In this document: positions 44,703 to 54,596 of the stretch, in pieces
Layout of the letters: each line of letters begins with the position of its first letter
Position numbering within the stretch: position 1 is the stretch's first letter
From: an uncultured Lentisphaeraceae bacterium
GTDB lineage: Bacteria; Verrucomicrobiota; Kiritimatiellia; RFP12; DVOR01
Reading direction: 5' to 3'
Assembly (NCBI GenBank): GCA_949288955.1
Contig: CASEMS010000015.1
Span: 4,269-68,268 of the forward strand
Length of the DNA stretch: 64,000 nt
Notes under the pieces: model-generated
What the model saw: only the letters and a program-made list of their open reading frames with translations
The model's database searches: none
What the model was told of the DNA's origin: nothing
Translations under genes and position numbers: made by a program

Positions 44703-45409
44703 GACTCCCCACCCTGCTCGCCCTCCTGCCCGCCTTGGCGGTCGCCGCCGCCGACCTCCCCGCGGGCTTCTTCCCCCCGCCCCCCGACGCCCCCGCCCAA
44801 GGCGAGGGCCGTTGCCTCACCTGCGAAGGCCGCGGCACCGTCGAGAGTGCCTTCAGCGACACCAGCATCGGGGAGTTCGGCGACACTGTCCGCCCCCCCT
44901 GCCCCACCTGCAAAGGCCGCGGGCGCTGCATCCGCCCCCTCACCGTCGCCGAGCGCGAACGCCTCCAACGCCAGACCCTCAACGCCTACGAACGCGAGCA
45001 GCGCGCCGCCCGCCGCACCCCCATCGGCGCCGGCTTCATGGATCTCGACGCCGCCAAGGCCCTCACGCCCGAGGCCCACGCCGCACTCGCCGCCCGCTTC
45101 CCGAAACGTTGCAAGACCTGCCTGGGCCTCGGCCAGGATGCCTGCCGCAAATGCAAAGGCCGCGGCAAGGTCGAACGCCGCGAGCGTGTCGAGGGCGAGG
45201 ACGGCGAGACCCGCACCAAGACCATCGACGTCCCCTGCGCCGAATGCGGCGCCTCCGGCGCCGTCCCCTGCCGCCGCTGCGACGGCTTCGGCCTCGCCAA
45301 GGTCTGCACCCGCTGCGATGGCCTCGGGACGACGGAGGTCGAGGCCAAACGCGACACCCCCGCCCACACCGAGCTCTGCCGCTCCTGCAAAGGTGATGGC
45401 CGACGCTGA
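44699..45409 (+). CDS. Secreted protein with eight DnaJ-type CxxCxGxG zinc-finger motifs
   Basis: Signal peptide MRLPTLLALLPALAVAAA. Eight CxxCxGxG motifs counted directly: CLTCEGRG, CPTCKGRG, CKTCLGLG, CRKCKGRG, CAECGASG, CRRCDGFG, CTRCDGLG, CRSCKGDG. The ATG overlaps the regulator stop as ATGA. Confidence 0.7.
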   Translation: MRLPTLLALLPALAVAAADLPAGFFPPPPDAPAQGEGRCLTCEGRGTVESAFSDTSIGEFGDTVRPPCPTCKGRGRCIRPLTVAERERLQRQTLNAYEREQRAARRTPIGAGFMDLDAAKALTPEAHAALAARFPKRCKTCLGLGQDACRKCKGRGKVERRERVEGEDGETRTKTIDVPCAECGASGAVPCRRCDGFGLAKVCTRCDGLGTTEVEAKRDTPAHTELCRSCKGDGRR

Positions 45410-45513
45410 GAACAAAAAAAGCCCGCCGACTGCTGTCGGCGAGCGATGGAAAAGAGAGTGGCGAGGTTGGGGCGAGGCCTTCCGCAGCAGGCGCATTGGC
45501 CCCGCGTTCCGGT

Positions 45514-45971
45514 TCATGGCGCCGTCCGCCCTTGGCCCTCCAACGCCTTCACGAGGCAGACCGTGTGGCCGATCGGCTCATAGCCGAGCCGCTGGTAGAA
45601 TCGGAAGGCCGGGACCTCCCGCGAGGTGAGAAGGATGAGATGGGTGAGCCCCTGCGTCGCCACGCGCCGCTCGATGGCCCGCAGGAACGCGCCGCCAATC
45701 CCCCTCCCCTGCAAACGCGGCGACACCCCGAACTCCTCCATCCAAAACTCCGGCCCCGTCTGCCACGTCCGCCGCCGCCCTAGCGCCAAGCCCACCAACG
45801 TTTTCCCCTCGGCGCCCCCAACAATTCGGAGAGGTAGTCCCGGAGGCGCTCCTCCGGCCAGACGTCGTTCCACGGTTCCCCGGTGAAGATGTCCAGGAAC
45901 AACGCCCTGACCACCTCAATCTCCCCCATGCCCAATTCCGTGATGGCCCCCTCGATGGTTTCCCTTTGCAT
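45514..45971 (-). pseudogene. GNAT family N-acetyltransferase interrupted by a frameshift in a G5 homopolymer
   Basis: The N-terminal part (MQRETIEG...FTGEPWNDVW...DYLSELL) and C-terminal part (RIVGGAEGKTLVGLALG...LQGRGIGGAFL...FYQRLGYEP) lie in different frames. The junction is near ttgggggcg at ~45812-45816. Either a sequencing error or a true pseudogene. Confidence 0.5.
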
Positions 45972-46000
45972 ACCGTTCAGTATACCACAGCCGCAAGCGG

Positions 46001-46352
46001 GGAGGCTCGGCGGCTGATCCACCGAGACTCAGCCGCTAAGTCTCCTTGGACTGGCGGCCGAGTCTCCGCGAAGACGCTGTCGCGCCGGGACACATCGGCG
46101 CTAACACCGGGCACATTCGTGCCCTCCCGCGCCGAGTGCCCCGGCTTTAAGAGGGAAGGTCGCCCACTTCCGTGGCGCGAAGGCGGCGGGCGGGAGGGCG
46201 AAACAAGGGGGCGCTCCGCCCCCGCCGCTTTCGCCCGGCGTTAGCCCGCCGTCCTTCGCGCACCCTCGCGTCCTCGCGGAGAAGAAAGTCTCGGCGGCTG
46301 ATCCACCGAGACTCAGCCGCTAAGTCTCCTTGGACTGGCGGCTGATCCGAGG
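46001..46352. repeat. Composite repeat element, copy 2 (inverted relative to 11425-11818): a 53-bp direct repeat flanks a ~240-bp structured core
   Basis: ctcggcggctgatccaccgagactcagccgctaagtctccttggactggcggc occurs at both 46005-46057 and 46290-46342. The reverse complement of the core between them aligns with 11500-11740, including the GGGCACGAA(C/T)GTGCCC hairpin. Confidence 0.75.
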
Positions 46353-46400
46353 CGGGGTGGCCGCGGTCGCGGTTTTTGGGGAGGGGATGGGGAGGGGGGA

Positions 46401-47960
46401 TCAGGCGCGACGGCGACGGAAGGGGAGGTCGTCGAGGACTTCGCGGAGGGCGGTGGGGACGAAGAGTCGCGCGAGGGGGAAATAGAGCGCGCCGCCGACC
46501 GCGATGGCGAGGGGAACGGTGAGGAAGAGGGTGAGGCCTTGTCCGGCCAGCCACGCATGGAGCGCGTAGACGGCCCCGGCCATGAGCCCGGCGGCGAGGA
46601 GGGCGCGCAGGGCGGTGGAAAGGAGGTTGGCGAGGTTGGGGCGGAGGCCGCGGCGGATGAGGATGGCGAGCAGGATGCCGGTGTTGGCGAAGGAGTTGAG
46701 GACGGTGCTGGTGGCGATGCCCACGTGCCGCCAGCCTTCGGGAAGGAGGAGCACGGAGAGGAGGTTGAGGGCGAAGTTGCCCAGCACGCACCAAGCGGCG
46801 ACGGTAACAGGGGTGCGGAGGTCTTTGTGGGCGTAGAAGACGGGGATGACGGTCTTGGCGGAGGAGAAGGCGATGAGGCCAAGGGCGTAGGCGGCGACGG
46901 CGCGGGCGGTCCAGAGGGTGGACTGCGCGTCGAAGGCGCCGCGCTCGTAGAGGAGGGAGACGGTGGGCGTGGCGAGAGCCATCAGCCCAAGGGCCATGGG
47001 GGCCATGATGACGAAGAGGTTGCGGAGGGAGCGTTCCAGCGTGGCGACGAGCGCGGCGCGGTCGGCGTCCGCGGCTTGTCGGCTGTAGGTGGGGAGGAGG
47101 ACGGTGGCGAAGGCGGTGCCGAAGAGGCCAAGGGGGAGGTAGATAATGCGGTCGGCGTATTCGAGTGCGGAGGGCGCCCAGGCCGCGCCGTAGAAGGCGA
47201 GCCAGCCGTCCACGCAGATGTTGATCTGGGCGAGGGCGATGCCCAAGGAGGCCGGCCCCATCTGGAGGAGCACTTGGCGCACATAGGGGGAGGCGCGCCA
47301 ACCGGTGAAGGCGAAGCGCAGGCGGTAGCCCACGCGCCGCAACTCCGGCAATTGGAAGGCGATTTGGGCGAAACCGGCGAAGAGGATGCCCCAACAGACG
47401 GCCCCAATCCGCCAGTAGCCTTCCTCGGGGAGGAAGGGGCAGACGCCCACCAGCGCGGCAATCCAGCAGAGATTGAGGATGACGGGGGTGAGGGAGGGGA
47501 TGGCGAAGCGGTCATGGACGTTGAGGGCGGCCGAAACGATGGCGGCCACGCAGATGAGGAGGGCATAGGGGAGCATGATGCGCGTGAGCGGCATGGCCTC
47601 CGCCCAACGCGAATCGGAGGCGCTCCCCCACTCCACCGCGTAGGTCACCGCCACGCCGATCCCCACCAACAGGCCGAGCGCGCAGACGAGCAAGCCGAGG
47701 ATCCGCGCCAGGAAGAGCTGGGCGCGTTCGCGCCCCTCCGTGCGCTCGATCTCCGCGAAGACGGGCACGAAGGCCGCGCCGAGCGCGCCCTCACCGAAGA
47801 GTCGGCGGAAAAGGTTGGGGATGCGGAAGGCGATGACGAAGGCGCTCTGGAGCGTCCCCGTCCCGAAGAAGTGGGCCATGATGATTTCGCGCGCCAACCC
47901 GAAGACACGGCTGACGGCGGTCATCGCGCTGACCACGCCCACCTTACCTAGGAGACTCAC
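46401..47960 (-). CDS. murJ: Lipid II flippase MurJ (MviN)
   Basis: N-terminus SLLGKVGVVSAMTAVSRVFGLAREIIMAHFFG aligns with E. coli MurJ [32 protein letters not shown]. Multi-TM. GTG start at 47960. Confidence 0.85.
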   Translation of the reverse strand: MSLLGKVGVVSAMTAVSRVFGLAREIIMAHFFGTGTLQSAFVIAFRIPNLFRRLFGEGALGAAFVPVFAEIERTEGRERAQLFLARILGLLVCALGLLVGIGVAVTYAVEWGSASDSRWAEAMPLTRIMLPYALLICVAAIVSAALNVHDRFAIPSLTPVILNLCWIAALVGVCPFLPEEGYWRIGAVCWGILFAGFAQIAFQLPELRRVGYRLRFAFTGWRASPYVRQVLLQMGPASLGIALAQINICVDGWLAFYGAAWAPSALEYADRIIYLPLGLFGTAFATVLLPTYSRQAADADRAALVATLERSLRNLFVIMAPMALGLMALATPTVSLLYERGAFDAQSTLWTARAVAAYALGLIAFSSAKTVIPVFYAHKDLRTPVTVAAWCVLGNFALNLLSVLLLPEGWRHVGIATSTVLNSFANTGILLAILIRRGLRPNLANLLSTALRALLAAGLMAGAVYALHAWLAGQGLTLFLTVPLAIAVGGALYFPLARLFVPTALREVLDDLPFRRRRA

Positions 47961-47976
47961 GCCGCGCCCCCACCTC

Positions 47977-49176
47977 TCAACGGTCGCCCTCGGCAACGCG
48001 CGGCTTGGGCTTGAAGCAAATGTGGCGGACGGCCTCGTGGAAGTTCTCCGCACCCTTGAGAATCTCAATCTCGATGCGGAGGTAGTAGACCGGCACGGCC
48101 ACGGAGGCCAGACGCGGGAAGCGAACGGCATCCTTCTCCGTGGTGATCACCGCGTCGCAGCCGAGGTCGGCGGCACGGTTGACCACATTGATGACCTCCT
48201 GCGTGGCGTAACGGTGGTGGTCGGCGTAGCGGACGCATTCCACCAGCTCCGCGCCATAGCCGCGCAGGAACCCCTCGAAACTTTGCGGCACGGCGATGCC
48301 CGAGAGCGCGAGCACCTTCTTGCCTGCCAGCCAGGAAAGGTCGCGGTTGGCCTTGCCGTAGACGTTCTTGAGGCGTTTGGGCGCGTGGCGGCACTCGATG
48401 ATCTCGGCGTGGTTGTTCAGCTTGCGGATCTTGGCGCGCAGGGCCTCCGAGTCGCCGTCGCTCTTGGTGATGAAGATGAAGTCGGCCCGGCGGAGGTTCT
48501 GGATGCCCTCGCGCAAGACGCCGCGGGGAAGAAGATTGCCGTTGCCGAAGGGGTTGGTCTTGTCCACCAGCACGATGTCGTGCGAGTGACGGAAGCGTTG
48601 GTACTGAAAACCGTCGTCGAGCACCAACGTGTCGCAGCCGAACTTGCGGATGGCGTAGCGGCCGGACTTCACGCGGTTGCGGTCCACCAACACCACCACG
48701 CCCGGCAGGTTCGAGGCCAACATATACGGCTCGTCGCCGCCGGTCTCGGAGTCCAGCAGCACACGCCGCCCATCGCTCACCACCAACGGCGGCTCAATCG
48801 TGTCGCTGAAAAGACGTTGCAGGAAAGGCTTTTCCTTGCGCCGGTAACCACGCGAGAGGATGGCCACCTTGCGGCCCTCCTTCGTCAGCTCCCGCGCGAA
48901 GATCTCCACCACCGGCGTCTTGCCCGTGCCGCCGGCCGTGACATTGCCCACGCTGATCACCTGACAGCCGAGCGGCCACCGGCGCAACACGCCGATGCGG
49001 AAGAACCACATCCGCAACCAGACGATGGCGCCATAGATCTTGGAGATGCCCATCAGCAGGGCCAACAACGCCTTGGGCCAGAAGCCGACCACCTGCTTAT
49101 CCGCGCCCTCCTGCTGAATCAGCGGGATGACGTAGCTCTCCAATCGTTCAATCAGCCGAACCCGGCTACGCGCCAC
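47977..49176 (-). CDS. lpxK: Tetraacyldisaccharide 4'-kinase
   Basis: P-loop [15 protein letters not shown] preceded by an N-terminal membrane helix, as in LpxK. GTG start 6 nt after the upstream gene's stop. Confidence 0.85.
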   Translation of the reverse strand: MARSRVRLIERLESYVIPLIQQEGADKQVVGFWPKALLALLMGISKIYGAIVWLRMWFFRIGVLRRWPLGCQVISVGNVTAGGTGKTPVVEIFARELTKEGRKVAILSRGYRRKEKPFLQRLFSDTIEPPLVVSDGRRVLLDSETGGDEPYMLASNLPGVVVLVDRNRVKSGRYAIRKFGCDTLVLDDGFQYQRFRHSHDIVLVDKTNPFGNGNLLPRGVLREGIQNLRRADFIFITKSDGDSEALRAKIRKLNNHAEIIECRHAPKRLKNVYGKANRDLSWLAGKKVLALSGIAVPQSFEGFLRGYGAELVECVRYADHHRYATQEVINVVNRAADLGCDAVITTEKDAVRFPRLASVAVPVYYLRIEIEILKGAENFHEAVRHICFKPKPRVAEGDR

Positions 49177-49179
49177 CGC

Positions 49180-50667
49180 TCACTTCCTTTCCATCGCGCA
49201 CCGATCGCCGCAAAGCGCGCACTGACCCTTGCAGCCACCGTGCCCCGACAGGGAGATGTCCTCGCCCGTCCAGCAATAGGTGCAGATCCTGGGGCCAATG
49301 CCGATGGACTTCTCCACGTCCTCCACCCGTTGGAAGGCCAGGCTCGTCATTCCCAGGCGGCGGCGCATCTCCTCCACCATCCGCTTGTAGGGCTCGCCCT
49401 CCGGGTCGCGATACTTCCGGATGTCCGCGTCCGGCCCCTCCAGTTCCAGGATGATACGGCGCGTGATCAAGTCCATGACGCTCTCCGTCCGCGAGAAGGT
49501 CAGGAACTTACACTTATAGAGAAGCGGCGGGCAGGCGATGCGCACGTGCACCTCCTTCGCCCCGGCCTTGTAGAGCCGCCCCACCTGGTTGCGCAGCTGC
49601 GTGCCGCGCACGATGGAGTCATCGCAGAAGATCAGGCGCTTGCCCTCGATGAGTTCCGGCACCGGCAACAACTTCATGTTCGCGATCTTCTGCCGCAGGC
49701 TCTGATCCGGCGGCATGAAGCTCCGGGGCCAGGTGGGCGTGTACTTCACGAAAGGCCGCGCGTAGCGGATGCCACTCTTGAAGGCATAGCCCAACGCGTG
49801 CGCCACGCCCGAATCCGGGATGCCCGCCACGTGGTCCGCATCCACGGGCTCCCTCTGCGAGAGCAACGCCCCACTCCGATAGCGCGTCCGCTCCACGCCC
49901 ACCCCCTCATAGGTGCTGGCAGGGTAACCGTAATAGACGTAAAGGAAGGCGCAGATGGCCGACTCCTCGCGCCCCTCCGCCACCGTCCGCACCCCATCCA
50001 GCGAGATCGCCACGATCTCCCCCGCCTTCAGATCCCGCGTCCTGCGGTAGCCCAAGTTCGGGAAGGCCGCCGTCTCCATCGTCACCGCGTGCGCGCCGTC
50101 TTCCTTCTCGCCCAACACGATCGGCGTCCGCCCGAAACGATCCCGCGCCGCGTAGAGCACGCCCCGCTCCGAAAGCAACAACAACGAGCACGACCCCTCC
50201 ACCCGGCTCTGCGCGTAGGCCAACCCCTCCTCGAAGGAATCCTTCGTGTTGATGAGCATCGCCAGCACCTCCAAGGTGTTGATGGCGCTGTCCTTCCCCA
50301 ACTCGCAGAAGTGCGTCCGCCGGTCTCGCACCAGCTCGTCCACGATCTCCTGCAGGTTCGTCACCAACCCCACGAACGCCAAGGCGAACATCCCGAGGTG
50401 CGACCGCACCAGCACCGGCTGGTCATCCTGGTCGCTAATCACCCCAATCGCATAATTCGGGTTCAGCCCCGCGAAACGCTTGGCGGCCCCCTCGAAGCGC
50501 GCCCGGAACTGTGCGTTCTGGATGTTGTGGATGGAACGGTGGAAGGCGTTGCCCGCGTAAATCACGATACCGCCCCGCACCGTCCCCATATGCGAATGGT
50601 AGTCCGTCCCGAAATACACATCCGGCACGCAACCCTGCTGCGCCACGACGCCAAAGAAACCGCCCAT
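49180..50667 (-). CDS. Amidophosphoribosyltransferase-like protein lacking the N-terminal catalytic cysteine (MGGFFGV), with a Cys-rich C-terminal tail
   Basis: PRTase motif LIFCDDSIVRGTQLR and the PurF-like fold are present. The position normally occupied by the Ntn Cys is Gly. The C-terminus CTYCWTGE...GHGGCKGQCALCGDRC carries extra cysteines. Confidence 0.75.
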   Translation of the reverse strand: MGGFFGVVAQQGCVPDVYFGTDYHSHMGTVRGGIVIYAGNAFHRSIHNIQNAQFRARFEGAAKRFAGLNPNYAIGVISDQDDQPVLVRSHLGMFALAFVGLVTNLQEIVDELVRDRRTHFCELGKDSAINTLEVLAMLINTKDSFEEGLAYAQSRVEGSCSLLLLSERGVLYAARDRFGRTPIVLGEKEDGAHAVTMETAAFPNLGYRRTRDLKAGEIVAISLDGVRTVAEGREESAICAFLYVYYGYPASTYEGVGVERTRYRSGALLSQREPVDADHVAGIPDSGVAHALGYAFKSGIRYARPFVKYTPTWPRSFMPPDQSLRQKIANMKLLPVPELIEGKRLIFCDDSIVRGTQLRNQVGRLYKAGAKEVHVRIACPPLLYKCKFLTFSRTESVMDLITRRIILELEGPDADIRKYRDPEGEPYKRMVEEMRRRLGMTSLAFQRVEDVEKSIGIGPRICTYCWTGEDISLSGHGGCKGQCALCGDRCAMERK

Positions 50668-50749
50668 ACGCTCTGCCTCGCCTTCCAAAGGTGAAAAACA
50701 ATGCTTTTATCTTACCACAAACGTACCCCCCGCGCAGAAGGGGCGGCGG

Positions 50750-50860
50750 TCTCCCCGAGGATCAGCGGCTGATCCAAGGTGAGTCAGCGGCCAATCCACC
50801 TCGGGTCAGCGGCTGATCCAAGATGAGTCAGCGGCCGATCCAAGGTGAGGCAGGGGCCAT
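50750..50860. repeat. Five 22-bp-phased units (GAGGATCAGCGGCTGATCCAAG type)
   Basis: Seen directly: gaggatcagcggctgatccaag / gtgagtcagcggccaatccacc / tcgggtcagcggctgatccaag / atgagtcagcggccgatccaag / gtgaggcaggggccatcagcgaag. Confidence 0.75.
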
Positions 50861-52320
50861 CAGCGAAGATGCGCGCCGATGGAGAGGATGCGCGGCTCGG
50901 CGCGGCTCTCCTCGACGACGAGGCGAAGGGCCGTGGCCTCGATGGGCGCCTCCAAACGAAGGATACGCTTATGACCGATGGTGGTGGCTCCGGCGATGGG
51001 CTCCCATGCGTCGGCCCCGGGGCGTTTGACCTCGAAGCGGAAGCGCTCGACACGTTGGCCTTGCGTGATGTCCTCTTGGGCGACGAGAGTATCGAAGCGG
51101 ATGGGCGTGGGCAGGGATACCTCGGTCTGGCCGGGCCGCACGTCGCCGAGAAGGTTGATGCCGAAGGTCTTGCGGAGGGCCTCACCGAACGCCCGGAGGC
51201 GGGCGACGTCATTGGCATGGAAAAGGCCCTCGGGCGTGGGAGGGACATTGAGGAGCAGCACGGCGTTGCGGCCGACGGAGCGATCGTAGATGGAGAGGAG
51301 TTGGTCGAGGCTCTTCACCTGATCGTCCTGGCTGTCGTGGTAGAACCAGCCGGGGCGGATGGAGACGTCGCACTCGGCGGGATACCAGACCAGACGATCG
51401 GAGGCGAGGATGTCGTCGATCGCGCCGAGCGTGGGGGCGTTGGCGGAGAGTCGGCCCTGGGCGGTTTGGCGCTTGGCCATGGCGGCGATGTCCGAGCCGT
51501 CGAAATGGAACGGCGCGAAGCCGTCGCGGACGGCCTCGTTGTCGATGGCCTCGATGGGGACGACGCTCCACTCGCTGTCGCGGGCGAGCCCCGACTCATT
51601 GCCCACCCAGCGGACGTCCGGGCCGGAGACGGCGATGACGCAGGCAGGGTTGCGTTCGCGGATGAGGGCGTAGTAGCGGGCCCAGTCGTAGGTCTGCCGC
51701 TTGCCGTTGGCGCCCTCGCCGCAGGCGCCGTCGAACCAAATCTCGTCGATGGGGCCGTAATTGTCGAAGAGCTCGGCAAGTTGCCCCACGAAGAAGTCGT
51801 TGTAGGCGTCCGTGCCATAGGTCGGCTCATGGCGGTCCCAGGGCGAAAGGTAGAAACCGACGCGGAGGCCCTCGGCGCGACAGGCATCGGCGAACTCCCG
51901 GCAGACGTCGCCCTTCCCGCCCTTCCACGGGGAGGAGGCGACGGAGTGTCGGGTGAGTTTGCTGGGCCAAAGGCAGAAACCGTCGTGGTGCTTGGCAGTG
52001 AGGATGGCCAAGCGGAAACCGGCGGCCTTGAGCGCACGCGCCCATTGGCGGCAATCAAGCGCGGTGGGGTTGAACAAGGCGGGATCCTCGTCGCCCGTGC
52101 CCCACTCGCGGTCGGTGAAGGTGTTGATGCCGAAGTGAACGAAGGCGGTCAGCTCCAAACGTTGCCACGCCACTTGGCGCGGCGAAGGTCGAACCTCCGC
52201 CGCCGCGGCGACACGTGCGCGCTCGGCGGGGGAGAGGTCGGCCAACGTGGCCGCCGCCGTAGGCAAAGCAAGGGCGACGGCGAGGAAAGCAGAAAAGGCA
52301 AAGGTAGGGAACGTTCTCAT
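50860..52320 (-). CDS. Alpha-L-fucosidase, glycoside hydrolase family 29, secreted
   Basis: Signal peptide MRTFPTFAFSAFLAVALALPTAAA. GH29 signature TAKHHDGFCLWPS and the catalytic region. Confidence 0.85.
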   Translation of the reverse strand: MRTFPTFAFSAFLAVALALPTAAATLADLSPAERARVAAAAEVRPSPRQVAWQRLELTAFVHFGINTFTDREWGTGDEDPALFNPTALDCRQWARALKAAGFRLAILTAKHHDGFCLWPSKLTRHSVASSPWKGGKGDVCREFADACRAEGLRVGFYLSPWDRHEPTYGTDAYNDFFVGQLAELFDNYGPIDEIWFDGACGEGANGKRQTYDWARYYALIRERNPACVIAVSGPDVRWVGNESGLARDSEWSVVPIEAIDNEAVRDGFAPFHFDGSDIAAMAKRQTAQGRLSANAPTLGAIDDILASDRLVWYPAECDVSIRPGWFYHDSQDDQVKSLDQLLSIYDRSVGRNAVLLLNVPPTPEGLFHANDVARLRAFGEALRKTFGINLLGDVRPGQTEVSLPTPIRFDTLVAQEDITQGQRVERFRFEVKRPGADAWEPIAGATTIGHKRILRLEAPIEATALRLVVEESRAEPRILSIGAHLR

Positions 52321-52481
52321 GGCACCCCATTTTAGGCTCCGCCCCGCAAAGAGCGACGGCAAAAGAAGCGCCAAGACCGTCTGCGTACCGCCGTATGCAG
52401 CCGCCCGGAAAAGCCATAGCCGCCCCACACGCCCGCACCATTCGGGGATAATGGGGGCGAACCTACAACCCAAGGCACCCC

Positions 52482-53555
52482 ATGAGACTTTTGCCCGCCC
52501 TCGCCCTCCTTCTCGCCGCCCTGCCCGCCCTCGCCGTGCCCGGCCCCCGGCAGACCCAGATCCGCCCCGGCGAGCTGTGGGAGGACGCCAATGGCAACCA
52601 CATCAACGCCCACGGCGGCGGCTTCCTCCTCCACGAGGGCCGCGTCTGGTGGTTCGGCGAACACAAGGTGCCCGGCGAGGCCGGCAACCAAGCCTGGGTC
52701 GGCGTCCACTGCTACTCCTCCCCCGCCGACGATCTCGTGAACTGGCGCGACGAAGGTATCGCCCTGCGCGTCTCCGACGACCCCGCGAGCGACATCGCCG
52801 CCGGCTGCATCCTCGAACGCCCCAAGGTGATTTACAACGCCAAGACCCGCAAGTTCGTCATGTGGTTCCACCTCGAACTCAAAGGCCAAGGTTACGGCGC
52901 CGCCCGCAGCGGCGTGGCCGTGGCCGACTCCGTCGTCGGCCCCTACACCTTCCTCCGCTCCGGCCGAATCAACCCCGGCCGCCCCGCCCAGAACGCCCCC
53001 GCCCCCGGCGACCCCAACGCCAAGCACTACTTCCGCGACCTCCCCGGCGGCCAGATGGCGCGCGACATGACCCTCTTCGTGGACGACGACGGCACCGCCT
53101 ACCACATCTACGCCTCCGAGGAGAACGCCACCCTCCAAATCGCCGAGCTCGACGACACCTACACCCAACACACCGGCCGTTACTGGCGCGCCTTCCCCGG
53201 CCGTTTCATGGAGGCCCCCGCCCTCTTCAAGAAGGACGGCAAGTACTACTTCATCGGCTCCGGCTGCACCGGTTGGGCCCCCAACGCCGCACGCTCCGCC
53301 GTCGCCCCCGCCGTCATCGGCCCTTGGACGGAGCTGGGCAACCCCGCCCGCGGCCCCAACGCCGAAAAGACCCACTTCTCCCAAAGCACCTACGCACTCC
53401 CCATCCCCGGCAAGCCCGGGCAGGTCATCTTCTGCGCCGACCGTTGGAACCCCAAGAACCAGATTGACAGCCGCTACATCTGGCTCCCCATCGAGTGGAA
53501 AGACGGCAAACCCATCCTCAACTGGAAGCCCGCCTGGTCCCCCGCCGCCCTTTAA
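52482..53555 (+). CDS. Secreted GH43-like five-bladed beta-propeller glycoside hydrolase
   Basis: Signal peptide MRLLPALALLLAALPALA. Blocks NAHGGGFLLHEGRVWWFGE and YHIYASEENATLQIAEL are typical of the GH43/GH32/GH117 propeller clan. The exact family is not resolvable by eye. Confidence 0.65.
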   Translation: MRLLPALALLLAALPALAVPGPRQTQIRPGELWEDANGNHINAHGGGFLLHEGRVWWFGEHKVPGEAGNQAWVGVHCYSSPADDLVNWRDEGIALRVSDDPASDIAAGCILERPKVIYNAKTRKFVMWFHLELKGQGYGAARSGVAVADSVVGPYTFLRSGRINPGRPAQNAPAPGDPNAKHYFRDLPGGQMARDMTLFVDDDGTAYHIYASEENATLQIAELDDTYTQHTGRYWRAFPGRFMEAPALFKKDGKYYFIGSGCTGWAPNAARSAVAPAVIGPWTELGNPARGPNAEKTHFSQSTYALPIPGKPGQVIFCADRWNPKNQIDSRYIWLPIEWKDGKPILNWKPAWSPAAL

Positions 53556-53579
53556 TCTAAAGCAGAATCCGCCCGTCGT

Positions 53580-54596
53580 TCAATTTGGGCGCAGGCGGAT
53601 AAGCGTGTCGGGGCCGAGCGCCTCCCGCGCCACCGGCGCGAAGGCCAACGCCCGCGCCAACGGGCGCGGCGCGATGGCCAGCCCGGGACGTGCCGCGGGG
53701 TCACCCAAGATCTTTGGCGCATACAGCACATTCAGCTCATCCACCAAACCCGCGTCAAGCAACGCCCCTGCCAGACGCCCTCCACCCTCGCAGAGCACAT
53801 CGTTCACGCCGCGCGCGCAAAGGGCACGGAGCATCGCCCGGAGATCATGGCCGTCATACCCCAAATCCCGCGTGGCGACAAGCGTCCGCTCATCCACATC
53901 CGCCGGATCGGGCGGAGTAAAGCGATCGACCAGCACGCGCCACTTCAGGGGAGCGTCAGGCAAATGCGGCTGAAGGCTGGGATGGTCGGCGCGGACGGTG
54001 CCGGCCCCGACCATCACCGCGTCCACCCGCGCGCGGAGACGCTGCACCCACGCCCGCGCCTCAGGGCCGGTGACCCACCGCGACGCGCCCATGCCGTCGG
54101 CGATAAACCCATCGAGCGTCATCGCCAACTTCAGGCGCACGTAAGGCAATCCCTGCGTGATGGCCTTGGCGAACGGCGCGATGAGGGCGCGGCAACGCTC
54201 CGCCACCTCCCCCTCCGCCACCGTCACGTCAATGCCCGCCGCCCGCAGTAAGCCGACGGCCCGACCCGCATGGCGCGGATTGGGGTCGAGGCACCCAATC
54301 ACCACCCGCCCAAGGCGCTTGGCGCGAATCAGGTCGCAGCACGGCGGCGTGCGGCCCGCGGTCGAGCACGGCTCCAGCGAGACGTAGAGCGTGGCGCCCG
54401 CGGGCTCCTCCGCGCAGGCGGCCAGGCAATTCACCTCGGCGTGCGGCCCGCCCGCGCGCAAATGCGCACCCTCGCCCAACACCCGCCCATTGCGGACGCA
54501 CACAGCCCCAACGGCAGGGTTCGGCGCCGTGTGGCCCACCTGAGCCTCACCCAACTCCGCCGCACGCGCCAACCACCGCGCGTCCGCCTCAGTCAT
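53580..54596 (-). CDS. ribD: Bifunctional riboflavin biosynthesis deaminase/reductase
   Basis: CMP/dCMP-type zinc deaminase motif HAEVNCL...PCSTAGRTPPCCD followed by a RibD C-terminal reductase domain. Confidence 0.9.
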   Translation of the reverse strand: MTEADARWLARAAELGEAQVGHTAPNPAVGAVCVRNGRVLGEGAHLRAGGPHAEVNCLAACAEEPAGATLYVSLEPCSTAGRTPPCCDLIRAKRLGRVVIGCLDPNPRHAGRAVGLLRAAGIDVTVAEGEVAERCRALIAPFAKAITQGLPYVRLKLAMTLDGFIADGMGASRWVTGPEARAWVQRLRARVDAVMVGAGTVRADHPSLQPHLPDAPLKWRVLVDRFTPPDPADVDERTLVATRDLGYDGHDLRAMLRALCARGVNDVLCEGGGRLAGALLDAGLVDELNVLYAPKILGDPAARPGLAIAPRPLARALAFAPVAREALGPDTLIRLRPN

